This document shows, piece by piece, positions 48,098-58,723 of a DNA stretch of 64,000 nucleotides. The notes beneath the pieces are model-generated. The model saw only the letters and a list, made by a program, of their open reading frames with translations, did not search any database and was not told where the DNA came from. The position numbers were made by a program, and so were the translations under genes. The DNA is from Candidatus Levyibacteriota bacterium. Its GTDB lineage: Bacteria; Patescibacteriota; Microgenomatia; Levybacterales; UBA12049. Position 1 is the first letter of the stretch, and each line of letters opens with the position of its first letter. Location of the stretch: contig CAVRKE010000001.1 in assembly GCA_963722305.1 (NCBI GenBank), positions 181,529-245,528 of the forward strand, given 5' to 3'.

Positions 48098-48805
48098 ATG
48101 AAAACAACAGACAACATTATAAAAATGTCCAACATCACCAAAGTTTATCGCACCGAAGAGGTGGAAACCGTTGTTTTAAGGGATATTGATTTAGTCGTTA
48201 AAAAGGGCGATTTCTTGGGAATTACCGGAAGATCCGGCTCCGGTAAATCAACTCTGATGCACATTATCGGACTTTTGGATACGCCGACATCCGGAGAATA
48301 TATTTTAAACGGAACCGATGTCTCAAAATTGAATGAGGACGAACAGGCTTTTCAAAGAAATAAAGAAATCGGTTTTGTTTTTCAACAATTTAATTTGCTG
48401 CCAAAAATTAGTGCACTTGAAAATGTCATACTACCGGCAATTTATGCGGGAACCAATAATAAAGAAAGGACCGAAAAAGCCGATATGCTGTTAACAATGT
48501 TGGGCCTGGAAGAGCACATCCACAAAAGGCCAAACCAAATGTCCGGTGGACAACAGCAAAGAGTGGCCATTGCCAGAGCCTTAATGAATGACCCCGAACT
48601 CATCCTTGCGGATGAGCCCACCGGAAATTTGGATACAAAATCCGGTGACGATGTAATGAGAACCTTAAAACAATTAAATAAAGAGGGTAAAACAATTGTC
48701 CTAATTACCCACGAACACGATATTGCGGTTCAGGCAAAAAAATTAATTCAGCTTGAAGACGGACGATTAGTCCATACCGAAAAAAAGGAGGTGGGCAACG
48801 TCTAA
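48098..48805 (+). CDS. ABC transporter ATP-binding protein (MacB/LolD-like)
   Basis: Walker [10 protein letters not shown], signature [15 protein letters not shown] and Walker [12 protein letters not shown]. Confidence 0.85.
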   Translation: MKTTDNIIKMSNITKVYRTEEVETVVLRDIDLVVKKGDFLGITGRSGSGKSTLMHIIGLLDTPTSGEYILNGTDVSKLNEDEQAFQRNKEIGFVFQQFNLLPKISALENVILPAIYAGTNNKERTEKADMLLTMLGLEEHIHKRPNQMSGGQQQRVAIARALMNDPELILADEPTGNLDTKSGDDVMRTLKQLNKEGKTIVLITHEHDIAVQAKKLIQLEDGRLVHTEKKEVGNV

Positions 48806-49993
48806 ATGAACCTTGAGGAATTAATTACTCTGGCTATTAGAGCCATCTTTGCCAACAAGCTCAGAAGCTTTCTCACTACACTCGGGATCACCATCGGTGT
48901 TTTCGCGATTATCGTTTTGGTTTCGATCGGTTCGGGTTTACAAAGTTACATCACTAACGAAATCTCCTCGCTTGGGTCAAACGTTATTTTTGTTTTACCC
49001 GGCGGATCTGGCGGTTTGGGTGCGCTTTTAAGCAATAAACTTAACCTTCAGGATTGGAAAAATATTCAAAGAAAAACAGTATTAACGGCCAAATCTACAC
49101 CTGAAATAAGACAGCTCGATACTCTAAAATATAAAAACCTAAAATCAAAAGGTGCTTTTGTGTTTGGCGTTTCTTCAAGCTATCCGGAAGTTGTAGGAAC
49201 TACCAGTAAAATAGCCGAGGGTAATTTTTTTACCGCCGGGCAAGAACAATCGGGTTCGAATGTCGTAGTTATCGGACAGACGGTTTCCACCAAGCTTTTT
49301 AAAGGCCAAAATGCGATTGGGAAAAGAATTTTTGTCGGAAATAAACTTTATACAATTGTCGGCGTTTTTGCTAAGATCGGCTCTTTTGCCGGAGTGGATG
49401 CGGATAATATTGCCGCAATCCCGGTTGAAACGGCAAGTGTGCAATATGGCACAACTTCCGTGTCAAGAATTGACGTTGCCGCAGACAACCCCGATCTGGT
49501 CCAGATTGTGCTTCGGCAGATAAACCAAACACTATTAAAAAGGCTTACCTCGGATGACTATTCCATCCAAACCGCCGACTCTCTGGAATCTACCATCTCC
49601 AGTATTACCGGTATGCTGTCTCTTGCATTGGGAGGAATTGCGGCGATCTCTCTTCTGGTTGGAGGGATTGGTGTTGCCAACATAATGCTGGTTTCTGTTA
49701 CCGAAAGAACTAAGGAAATCGGTTTGAGAAAAGCCCTAGGCGCAAAGAGAAATGACATTTTGAAACAATTTTTGTTGGAAGCGGTAATGCTTTCGGTCAC
49801 CGGCGGAATTGTCGGAATAATTTTGGGGATGGGAGTATCAATTATTATTGCCATTTTGTTAGTTTCGACTGTCACATTATGGTCGGTGGTTTTAGCCTTT
49901 GGATTTTCGGTAGCAGTTGGTATAATATTCGGCATGGCACCGGCGATTAGGGCTTCCAAACTTAGCCCCATCGACGCCTTGAGATACGAGTGA
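48806..49993 (+). CDS. ABC transporter permease (MacB_PCD plus FtsX domain)
   Basis: 395 aa with one N-terminal TM helix, a periplasmic domain and a C-terminal FtsX-like three-TM bundle. Confidence 0.8.
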   Translation: MNLEELITLAIRAIFANKLRSFLTTLGITIGVFAIIVLVSIGSGLQSYITNEISSLGSNVIFVLPGGSGGLGALLSNKLNLQDWKNIQRKTVLTAKSTPEIRQLDTLKYKNLKSKGAFVFGVSSSYPEVVGTTSKIAEGNFFTAGQEQSGSNVVVIGQTVSTKLFKGQNAIGKRIFVGNKLYTIVGVFAKIGSFAGVDADNIAAIPVETASVQYGTTSVSRIDVAADNPDLVQIVLRQINQTLLKRLTSDDYSIQTADSLESTISSITGMLSLALGGIAAISLLVGGIGVANIMLVSVTERTKEIGLRKALGAKRNDILKQFLLEAVMLSVTGGIVGIILGMGVSIIIAILLVSTVTLWSVVLAFGFSVAVGIIFGMAPAIRASKLSPIDALRYE

Positions 49994-50044
49994 CAACGAA
50001 GTCCTGAGCGAAGTCGAAGGACGAATAGTATCGAAATACTGAGC

Positions 50045-53000
50045 ATGTCGAGGTACTTCGTTATGAGTAACAAATTTTTTTCAACCTTGAAATTTTTAAT
50101 CGGCTGGCCTTTGTCGATTATTGCCCTTCTATTTATTCTGAGAATTATTACTCCGAATATAAAAGTTGTTTTTGAAAATTTATCAAGAATCAATTTTGCA
50201 TATCTATGTTTTGCTTTATTGAGTTTTTTTACGTATTTTTTACTGCGCAGTTTTTTATGGAAGAGCATCGTTGACCGGAAAGGCAATAAACTAAACTTTA
50301 AAAAAATTTCTTACCTTTGGGCGTTTTCCGAATTAAAAAGGTATATTCCCGGAAATGTTTGGTCAATATTGGCCAGAGGGACGTCGTCTTTAGAAGCCGG
50401 CTTAGACAAAAAAGCGATTGCCAATGCATTAATTATTGAGGTTGAACTAATAATCATTGCCGGTTATATCCTTTCTCTTCCGTTTATGCTTTATTTCTCT
50501 TGGGGAACTGTTTTTAACATCCTTTTTTTGCTGCTTGGAATCATTCTAATTTTATTGTTTATTTTTGGCAGCATGATTAAGATCGGTAAGCTGTCTATTC
50601 TTTTTCCCGGAATCAATTACTCCGAAAATGCAAAAATATTCCTAATTTCACTGGTAACTTTTTTTATGTTTGGTCTCGGCACATTTTTTGCCATCGTTTC
50701 TTTATTCTACTTCGACCCGAATCTTATCTGGATTATTGTCAGTCTTTCCGTTTTCTCCCTTTTGGCCGGATACGTATCATTAATAACGCCGATGGGGCTG
50801 GGCGTTAGGGAAGGAGTAATGACTTTTTATCTTTCGCGGTTTATTCTAACATCCTCAGCCGGTCTGGTTTCAATTTTTTCCAGAATAGTACTAATTATTT
50901 CCGAAATTATTTTTTTGCTGTTCGTTTTTTGCTGGAATCAAATTAAAAACAAGCTTCTAACCAACATTGAAGATTTTATCTCAACACACAAGTACGCACT
51001 TTGTTTGGGATTATTTATTCTTGCTTATATCCTTTACTTTACTGCAGCCAGCTTTTTAAGATATGACAATTTTTTTACCGGACGGTTTGACCTTGGAAAC
51101 ATGGACCAAACTGTCTGGAATACAATTCACGGAAGAATTTTTCAAACAACAGACGCAAACGGTACTGCGATTATTTCAAGACTCGCTTATCACGCCGATT
51201 TTATTTTAATTCTTATCGCACCACTATACCTTATTTGGTCAAACCCGGGAATGCTACTGCTATTACAAACCGTCGTCTTGGGATTGGGCGCGGTGTTTAT
51301 TTATTTTATTGCCACTAATCTCTTGAAGAACAAAAATCTGGCTTTGGTTTTCTCCGCCATTTATCTTTTAAATCCGTCTCTACAGTTTACCAATCTTTAT
51401 GATTTTCATGCGGTAGTTTTGGGCACAACATTGCTACTTGGAACTTTTTATTTTTTTCTCAAAAAAAACTATCTATTTTTTATTTTGTTTGCCGTTTTAT
51501 CAGGATTAACTAAAGAAGATATTTGGGCAATAATTGCAATCTTCGGTTTGGCAATAATTACACGCGCAATCATAGAAAATAAATTAAGCATAAACTTATC
51601 TAAAAAACGATTGTTGGAAGTTCTGCTTGGACTAACTGTTTTTCTATTATCAAGTTTTATTTTTTACCTTTTAATCTGGATTATAATCCCTTATTTTAAC
51701 GGCGCACAACACTTTGCAATTTCTTATTTTTCAGATTACGGTGGTACCGCTTCCGATATTTCTAAAAATATCGTTTTTATGCCTCTAAAAACTCTCTCTC
51801 TATTATTCACTGTACAAAATATTCATTATCTCTTTCAATTGTTTTTGCCATTTGGATTTATTTCTCTTATTTCTCCGCTTTACTTGATTTTTGCCGTACC
51901 GGATTTACTGATTAATCTACTGGGCACAAATTTGGGATTTCACGAAATTTATTACCAATATACTGCCGCGATAACACCGTTTATCGCAATCTCTTCTATT
52001 TATGCTGCCTTTTTTTTGAAAAAACATTTTTCGCTAATCAACAATCGGATAATAATTACTTACCTTATTATTGCGGCTTTAATTTCTGTCTATCTTTATG
52101 GGCCGCTGCCGGGAACTTTGCATGCAAATGTAGACATGTTTAAAAAGCAACTGGTTAACAGTAAGATTATTGATAATTTTATTTCAACTATTCCAACCAG
52201 GTTTAGCATTGCGGCTACCAATAATTTGGGCTCTCATCTTTCCCGAAGACAAAAAATTTATACCATTCCTGTCGGCATTGACCAAGCCGACGTGGTGCTG
52301 TTTTTGCTAAACGACCCATTCGCCCAGCCATCGCTTCAGGCTCAAAAAAACATGGCTATGCAAATGAAGAATGATAAAAGATATATCCAGGTTTTTAAAG
52401 ACGGTGATTTCATTGCTTTCGAAAAAAGAACTCTTTACACCCAGGCCAATGCAAAGCCCAAAAAAGGACTGGTTAATCTTTTCCCGTATTCCATCACTGC
52501 TCTTTCCAACCGCAGCTACCAAAAAAGTGACATTACCGTTGAACGACAGGCCCATGGTGACGGAAATTTCCAGAGTTTTGTAATTTCTTTTATTTCCGAC
52601 GGCTTAAAAGAATATGCTTTAATGAATATACCGAATTCTCCAATGCCGGCAGGCGGATTTCCGGTGTTAATTCTTGACCACGGCTATATTCAGCCCAGTG
52701 CTTATGACACCGTCAATTCTTATAAATCCGAATCCGATTACTTTGCCAATCAAGGCTTTTTAGTTTTGAAGCCTGACTACAGAGGCAACGGTAATTCGGA
52801 AAACACCGACCAAGCCCTGATGCGTTTTGCTTATCCGATAGATGTCTTAAACTTATTGTCATCTGTCGCAAATATTTCAGCTGCCAATCCTAATCAAATT
52901 TTCTTCTGGAGTCATTCCATGGGTGGGGAAGTAACACTTGAGGTTTTGGAAGCCGCAGCCAAAAATAAAGATCTGGCTGGAAAAATAAAAGGCGCAATCT

Positions 53001-53380
53001 TTTGGGCACCGGTTACGGACCCGGTAAAATGGTTTTCGAAAAGCCATCTGCCGGCTCTCCCCGAAGCAATTATCACACCCTATCCTTATACGCAAACTTT
53101 TCAAATCTTAGGTACTCCAGACAAAAACCCGCAGCTTTGGCAATCACTTTCGCCCTTAAACTATCTAAATAGTATTAACGTTCCAATCCTTCTGCAACAC
53201 GGAACCGGGGATACAACCGTTCCTTATTCATGGTCGGTTGAGTTAAACCAAGATTTACTGACACTAAAGAAAACAATCACTTTTATCTCTTATCCTAACG
53301 ACACGCATAACCTACCGCTGTTTTGGTCTAAAGCGGTTAACGACGACTTAAATTTTTTAAATCACCTTTTAGGTAAATAA
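50045..53380 (+). CDS. 1111-aa fusion: flippase-like (UPF0104/LPG-synthase TM-like) membrane domain, DUF2079 membrane domain and a C-terminal alpha/beta-hydrolase (S9/esterase-like)
   Basis: The N-terminal ~300 aa are polytopic. The middle has the DUF2079 hallmark RYDNFFTGRFDLGNMDQTVWN. The C-terminus has the nucleophile elbow SHSMGG and the LLQHGTGDTTVP acid/His region. Confidence 0.55.
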   Translation: MSRYFVMSNKFFSTLKFLIGWPLSIIALLFILRIITPNIKVVFENLSRINFAYLCFALLSFFTYFLLRSFLWKSIVDRKGNKLNFKKISYLWAFSELKRYIPGNVWSILARGTSSLEAGLDKKAIANALIIEVELIIIAGYILSLPFMLYFSWGTVFNILFLLLGIILILLFIFGSMIKIGKLSILFPGINYSENAKIFLISLVTFFMFGLGTFFAIVSLFYFDPNLIWIIVSLSVFSLLAGYVSLITPMGLGVREGVMTFYLSRFILTSSAGLVSIFSRIVLIISEIIFLLFVFCWNQIKNKLLTNIEDFISTHKYALCLGLFILAYILYFTAASFLRYDNFFTGRFDLGNMDQTVWNTIHGRIFQTTDANGTAIISRLAYHADFILILIAPLYLIWSNPGMLLLLQTVVLGLGAVFIYFIATNLLKNKNLALVFSAIYLLNPSLQFTNLYDFHAVVLGTTLLLGTFYFFLKKNYLFFILFAVLSGLTKEDIWAIIAIFGLAIITRAIIENKLSINLSKKRLLEVLLGLTVFLLSSFIFYLLIWIIIPYFNGAQHFAISYFSDYGGTASDISKNIVFMPLKTLSLLFTVQNIHYLFQLFLPFGFISLISPLYLIFAVPDLLINLLGTNLGFHEIYYQYTAAITPFIAISSIYAAFFLKKHFSLINNRIIITYLIIAALISVYLYGPLPGTLHANVDMFKKQLVNSKIIDNFISTIPTRFSIAATNNLGSHLSRRQKIYTIPVGIDQADVVLFLLNDPFAQPSLQAQKNMAMQMKNDKRYIQVFKDGDFIAFEKRTLYTQANAKPKKGLVNLFPYSITALSNRSYQKSDITVERQAHGDGNFQSFVISFISDGLKEYALMNIPNSPMPAGGFPVLILDHGYIQPSAYDTVNSYKSESDYFANQGFLVLKPDYRGNGNSENTDQALMRFAYPIDVLNLLSSVANISAANPNQIFFWSHSMGGEVTLEVLEAAAKNKDLAGKIKGAIFWAPVTDPVKWFSKSHLPALPEAIITPYPYTQTFQILGTPDKNPQLWQSLSPLNYLNSINVPILLQHGTGDTTVPYSWSVELNQDLLTLKKTITFISYPNDTHNLPLFWSKAVNDDLNFLNHLLGK

Positions 53381-53427
53381 ACTGAACATTCATTGCAAAA
53401 ACCATTGTTAAGTTTTAACATTAAATT

Positions 53428-54234
53428 ATGGTTAACGTATTAAAGGCTAACGGCAGTGTCGAACCATTCAGCGAGGAAAAACTGCGGGATTCTATCGGGC
53501 GTGCCGGCATTCCGACTAGCGTCCAAGAACAAGTTGTTTCCCAGGTCAAAGCAAAAGTTTACGAAAATATTCCCACTTCCGAAGTTTATGAGCATGTCAC
53601 TAAATCTTTGGAAAGCGAACCTCACCTGACAAAATTTCGCTACTTTTTAAAGCGGGCGCTGATGGAACTTGGTCCAACCGGCTATCCATTTGAAGATTTA
53701 GTTGCCGAAATTTTGCAGTCAAAAAGCTATACTACACAAGTCCGCTCTACTCTGATGGGCAAATGTGTCAACCATGAAATTGACGTTATCGCCCAAAAAG
53801 AGACTGAAAAACTGCTGGTCGAAGCAAAATTTCATAACGCCCCGGGCATCCACACCGATTTACACGTTTCTTTATATACCAACGCCAGATTTGAGGACCT
53901 TCGGGAAAAACATGCGTTCACTAAAGCCTGGCTCTTTACCAATACAAAAATTACCCCGGACGCACTTTCCTATGCACTTTGCGTCGGCATGCAGGTGACC
54001 GGCTGGAACTACCCGCAAAACGAAGGACTCAGAGATTTAATTGGAAAGGAGAGACTCTATCCAATCACTATTTTGGCCTCGCTTTCCCAAAGCGAAAAGC
54101 AGACGCTTTTGGAAAACCACATTGTTTTGGTAAACCAAGTTTTGAAAAACGAACAGATGCTTGATGTCTTGGGAATTCCGCCCGATAAAAAAACAAAAAT
54201 AGCTGAAGAAGCTAAGCTAATTCTAAATGAATAA
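53428..54234 (+). CDS. ATP-cone domain fused to an Mrr-like (PD-(D/E)xK) restriction-endonuclease-fold domain
   Basis: N-terminal ATP-cone (VLKANGSVEPFSEEKLRDSI). Mrr_cat-like core FEDLVAEIL...GKCVNHEIDVIA...LLVEAKFH (D...E-x-K). Confidence 0.45.
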   Translation: MVNVLKANGSVEPFSEEKLRDSIGRAGIPTSVQEQVVSQVKAKVYENIPTSEVYEHVTKSLESEPHLTKFRYFLKRALMELGPTGYPFEDLVAEILQSKSYTTQVRSTLMGKCVNHEIDVIAQKETEKLLVEAKFHNAPGIHTDLHVSLYTNARFEDLREKHAFTKAWLFTNTKITPDALSYALCVGMQVTGWNYPQNEGLRDLIGKERLYPITILASLSQSEKQTLLENHIVLVNQVLKNEQMLDVLGIPPDKKTKIAEEAKLILNE

Positions 54235-54535
54235 AAAAATTATACTTGCCCTAATTATACCTCCACTCGTTGTACTTATTTGGAATATTATTTACTTTAG
54301 CCTACAAGATCAACCAGCTATAAATGGATATTTACCTTCGATTAGCAATCATGTAGGTTTAATAATCATAATACTTTCACTTTTGTTTGACTCTCTTGCA
54401 TGCTTAAATAGTAAAAATGCAGTTAGTAATTTCTTTAAATTAGCGTTCGCATCAATGGCTGGTTTTGTAATAACGATGTTTATTTTTTTATTTCTTTTGC
54501 TACTTTATTATCCTAAGGGACAAGCTCTTTTTTAA
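54227..54535 (+). CDS. hypothetical small membrane protein
   Basis: 102 aa with three hydrophobic helices and no motif. Confidence 0.25.
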   Translation: MNKKIILALIIPPLVVLIWNIIYFSLQDQPAINGYLPSISNHVGLIIIILSLLFDSLACLNSKNAVSNFFKLAFASMAGFVITMFIFLFLLLLYYPKGQALF

Positions 54536-55782
54536 GCAAATTTTGCAGTAGTTTCTTTGGCTAATTTTGACCGTTCGAATTTGTCCGCCATAAAACCGTT
54601 CGGGACAGTCTTGAGGCTTGGGGCATTGAGCAAAAATCCGTTTCTAATAGTGTGGTCGCCGAACTTTTCGTTAATTTTATCCCTGACTTTTTTAAGCTTC
54701 TCCTGTTTATCGTCTTGTTCAAATAAAGACATGGTCAGATTTTTATTATCGTTAAGATTTCCGACGGAAATCGAAATTTGCCTAACCATTGAATGCCAGT
54801 TCCACTCATCCATCAACTGCTTACAAAGTTTGAATATCTCTGCACCGCTGTCAAAGTATTCTTGAACAGTTTTCCTGCCGTGTCCCAACCTTTCCCCACC
54901 AAGATAGAGATGAACGGTTCTGCCTTTCTTGTTTAATCTTCTAAGCTTGATTGAGATTTCCTCACAAAGCTCATAAATGTTTTGCAAGATCAAACGTTGG
55001 TCGTAAGTATTGGCAGGTAAACAATAACTCCGGCCGACCGATTTTGTTTCAGAGAGAAAATAGTAGGGGATAACCGGTGAATCATCCTGTCCCTGACCGA
55101 GATTGTAAAGAAAGTGACCTTCAACGTCCTTAAATTCACGCATGAGAACGCTTAACGAGGCTTTATGCAGCTCCATCGGCGTATGAATTCTTAAATTGTT
55201 TAATCTATTTTCAATCCTTCTGCCGATACCGCAAAAATCCGTCAGTTTGGTTTTGGCGTAAATCTCTAAAATATTTTCCGGCGTTATCTCAAGTATTCCA
55301 TTGGGTTTATTGATGCCGGATCCCAATTTGGCTAAGAGCTTGTTATACGAAATCCCAACCGAGACAGTGATGTATTCGCCGATTTCGTTTTTAATACGCT
55401 CTCTTATTTTTTCTATTAATGAATATTTTCCGCCGAATAGTCCCTCAGTTACAGTAATATCCATAAACACTTCGTCCAAAGAAAATAATTCGACATACGG
55501 TGAATAATCTTTGCAAATATCCAAAAACTTTTGGGTAATTTCCCAATACTGCTCAAAATGCGCCGGCACAAAAATCATGTTGGGAACAATTTTTAAGGCA
55601 TCAAAAGTCCGGCTCGGGGATTTTACTCCCAAGCGCTTTGCTTCACGACTGGCGGCAATAACCGCTGTCCGGCCGTTTTGCGCGGTTACACCGATCGGTT
55701 TACCACGCAGTTTAGGATTGAATTGTTGCTCGCAGGAAGCAAAATATGAGTCAAAATCGATGTGAAGAATTACCTTTTTCAT
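54532..55782 (-). CDS. dinB: Y-family DNA polymerase IV
   Basis: IMPB/MucB/SamB N-terminus (VILHIDFDSYFASCEQ) with palm, fingers and little-finger layout. The start is taken at MKKVILHID. Confidence 0.85.
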   Translation of the reverse strand: MKKVILHIDFDSYFASCEQQFNPKLRGKPIGVTAQNGRTAVIAASREAKRLGVKSPSRTFDALKIVPNMIFVPAHFEQYWEITQKFLDICKDYSPYVELFSLDEVFMDITVTEGLFGGKYSLIEKIRERIKNEIGEYITVSVGISYNKLLAKLGSGINKPNGILEITPENILEIYAKTKLTDFCGIGRRIENRLNNLRIHTPMELHKASLSVLMREFKDVEGHFLYNLGQGQDDSPVIPYYFLSETKSVGRSYCLPANTYDQRLILQNIYELCEEISIKLRRLNKKGRTVHLYLGGERLGHGRKTVQEYFDSGAEIFKLCKQLMDEWNWHSMVRQISISVGNLNDNKNLTMSLFEQDDKQEKLKKVRDKINEKFGDHTIRNGFLLNAPSLKTVPNGFMADKFERSKLAKETTAKFA

Positions 55783-55861
55783 AGGCATTATCTCTAGAAT
55801 AGTAGAAAAATAGTCGTAAATCAATAGAACAAAATACGACAATCGATGTCAGTTTTACAGC

Positions 55862-56809
55862 CTATAGTCCATAATAGGCCAAAGAAGTATTACCAACGCG
55901 GGTACGATGCAAAGTCATAATAAAACTGTCACACTGCCATTGACCGGGAATTTCGGTAAATGCCCCCAGGTAACCTTTTCGTTGCAAAGTTTGAATGGCG
56001 TTGCTATTAAATGAACCGTAAGGGTAGGTAAAAATGTTCACCGTTTGTCCTGTGTATTGTTGGATTTGGTTTTGCGCCGTAACGATTTCGCTTTCTATTT
56101 TAGCCTGAGAGCCATTCGTGATTGGCCAGTGGGACCAGGTATGGTTAGTGAGATAAACTCCGTTATTCTTTAGATCATTGACCTGCCCCCAGGTAAGCAT
56201 GTCGGAATTTGCGCCGACCAAACCCGAAGCCAGCATTAAATTTGCCTTAAAACCATACTTTTTTAATATGGGCAAGGCGTAAATATCATTATCGGCATAT
56301 CCGTCATCCATGGTAATTACAATCGGTTTTCCCGGCAGTCCCGAATGAGTAAGCAGTGCATTAACTAATTCGTTCGCCCAAACCGGAGTATAGCCGTGGG
56401 AAACCAGGTAGGCCATTTGCTGGTCAAAAATTCCGTTGTCCACCGTTAATGATGTCTGACCTAAGCTTTTAGCCGCTGCTTCCGGCTGGATATGGTGATA
56501 CATTAAAACCGGCACATGCAAGCAATAACCGACTAAAGGAGCAGGGGTTGGAGTATTGGTAATTGTCTGGTAAGGCGTAATCAAATTGACATTTTTTATC
56601 GCATCTTTTTTTAAGGAAACGTCCGCAGGCAATTGATAAGTTACTTCCTCGCTGTTGCCTTTTCCCCAAAAAAAATATCCCAAACAAATCAGAAGCAAAA
56701 CTCCAATTAGGAATATCAATGTCAAAAGTCCGCTGGGTTGTTGCTTAACATGCCGTTTTTTGATCACTTTTGACCGGCGACTTACTGTTTTACGCTTAAC
56801 TTTTACCAT
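55862..56809 (-). CDS. polysaccharide deacetylase (NodB homology domain), membrane-anchored
   Basis: N-terminal TM helix followed by the NodB motifs ITMDDGY and YGFKANL. Confidence 0.7.
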   Translation of the reverse strand: MVKVKRKTVSRRSKVIKKRHVKQQPSGLLTLIFLIGVLLLICLGYFFWGKGNSEEVTYQLPADVSLKKDAIKNVNLITPYQTITNTPTPAPLVGYCLHVPVLMYHHIQPEAAAKSLGQTSLTVDNGIFDQQMAYLVSHGYTPVWANELVNALLTHSGLPGKPIVITMDDGYADNDIYALPILKKYGFKANLMLASGLVGANSDMLTWGQVNDLKNNGVYLTNHTWSHWPITNGSQAKIESEIVTAQNQIQQYTGQTVNIFTYPYGSFNSNAIQTLQRKGYLGAFTEIPGQWQCDSFIMTLHRTRVGNTSLAYYGL

Positions 56810-56893
56810 TTTTTAAGTATACCATTAAAAATAAATTTAATGCAATTGTGCTATAATTCATAAACAGCTTCCAAAACAGGGCTGTTTTTTATT

Positions 56894-58723
56894 ATGGACC
56901 AATTCACGTCCGAAAAAATCAGGAACATTGCGGTAATTGCCCATGTTGATCATGGCAAAACTACTTTAGTTGATTTTATGCTCAAACAATCGCACACCTT
57001 TCGGGAAAATGAAGCCGAAATGCAACAAACTACTATTTTGGACTCCAATCCTCTGGAGCGGGAAAGAGGCATCACCATTTTGGCCAAAAATACCGCCATT
57101 TATTATAAAAATTATAAAATCAATATTATTGATACTCCGGGACACGCCGATTTCTCCGGTGAGGTGGAAAGAACCTTAAACATGGCCGACGGTGCACTCT
57201 TAATAATTGACGCCCAGGAAGGACCGATGCCGCAAACCAAATTTGTTTTAAAAAAAGCCTTGGAACTGGGACTGAAAATAATTGTCGTCATTAATAAAAT
57301 CGACAAACAACTGGCTAACGTCAAAACCACTCTTGAAAGGACAAACGACTTATTTTTAGAATTGGCAACGCATCATGAGCAACTGGAATTTCCTATTTTT
57401 TATGCTATCGGCAGAGAGGGGAAAGCGGCTCTCTCACTGGAAGAATTACAGCAAAGCCAAAATCTGGAACCGATTCTAAACTCCATCATTGAATTTATCC
57501 CGGCACCCAAAGTGGAGAAGGGAAGTTTTCAAATGCTGGTTTCCAATCTTGACTACGACGTCCATAAAGGCAAACATGCCATTGGCAGAATCAGAAGGGG
57601 CAATATTAAAAAAGGGCAGAACTTAATTTTAATTGACGCTTTCGGTAAAAAAATTGCGGGTAAAGCGGAAAGTATCCGTTTAAGCCACGGGTTAAAAAAG
57701 ATTGAAGTTGATGAGGCTTTTGCCGGAGACATTGTTGACATCACCGGTTTACCAAACGTTGCCATTGGCGACACCATTACGGACTCACAAAGTCCTGAAC
57801 CACTGCCAAGGATAATGCTTGAAGAACCAACTATTAAAATTGCCATCTCGGCCAACACCTCACCCTTTGCCGGTAGGGAAGGAAGATTTACCAACTCTCG
57901 GCAAATACTGGAAAGACTGACACATGAATTGGAAACAAACATCAGTTTGAAACTGGCCAAAGAAGGAGAAAAAATGGTTGTCTCGGGCAGAGGCGAGCTG
58001 CATTTATCAATTCTGATTGAAACTTTAAGGCGCGAAGGATACGAATTTCAGGTTGAAAAACCGGAAGTGATTACAAAGTCCGTAGATGGAGTCGTAATGG
58101 AACCGGTGGAAATTGCCATGATTGATGTTTCCGATCAGTTTTTGGGGATAATTACCGCCGAAATGGGCGCCAGAAAGGGAAAAATGCTTAACATGCAATC
58201 CGACGGCAAAGGCAATACCCGGTTTGAATTTAAGATTCCTTCCAAAAATTTGTTTGGCATCAGAAACGATTTACTAACCAACACCAAAGGTACGGCCATC
58301 GTCAATACTATTTTTTTCGATTACGAACCGATGAGCCCAACCATTCCGCAAATTAGGAACGGTGTTTTAATCGCTTCGGAGGCGGGTTCGGCATTAAAAT
58401 ATGGCTTGAACAACGCCCAAGGCCGGGGAATTACTTTTATTGAGCCGGGAACCATGGTTTACGAAGGGATGATTGTCGGCGAAAATACCCGGCAGGACGA
58501 CATTGAAATTAACGTCACCAAAGAAAAAAAACAAACCAATATGCGCGCCTCAACGTCAGATGTCACGCTTGGCGCTTTAACTCCGGCCACTGTTTTGAGC
58601 CTTGAGGAATGTATCGACTTTCTGGAAGATGATGAATTACTGGAAGTGACACCCAAAAGTTTAAGGCTGCGCAAAAAATTGTTAACCCATCTTGATCGAG
58701 TAAGGAAAACGCGAAGTTTATAA
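56894..58723 (+). CDS. typA: translational GTPase TypA/BipA
   Basis: 609 aa with G-domain motifs AHVDHGKTT and DTPGHADF, an EF-G-like domain layout and a BipA C-terminus. Confidence 0.95.
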   Translation: MDQFTSEKIRNIAVIAHVDHGKTTLVDFMLKQSHTFRENEAEMQQTTILDSNPLERERGITILAKNTAIYYKNYKINIIDTPGHADFSGEVERTLNMADGALLIIDAQEGPMPQTKFVLKKALELGLKIIVVINKIDKQLANVKTTLERTNDLFLELATHHEQLEFPIFYAIGREGKAALSLEELQQSQNLEPILNSIIEFIPAPKVEKGSFQMLVSNLDYDVHKGKHAIGRIRRGNIKKGQNLILIDAFGKKIAGKAESIRLSHGLKKIEVDEAFAGDIVDITGLPNVAIGDTITDSQSPEPLPRIMLEEPTIKIAISANTSPFAGREGRFTNSRQILERLTHELETNISLKLAKEGEKMVVSGRGELHLSILIETLRREGYEFQVEKPEVITKSVDGVVMEPVEIAMIDVSDQFLGIITAEMGARKGKMLNMQSDGKGNTRFEFKIPSKNLFGIRNDLLTNTKGTAIVNTIFFDYEPMSPTIPQIRNGVLIASEAGSALKYGLNNAQGRGITFIEPGTMVYEGMIVGENTRQDDIEINVTKEKKQTNMRASTSDVTLGALTPATVLSLEECIDFLEDDELLEVTPKSLRLRKKLLTHLDRVRKTRSL

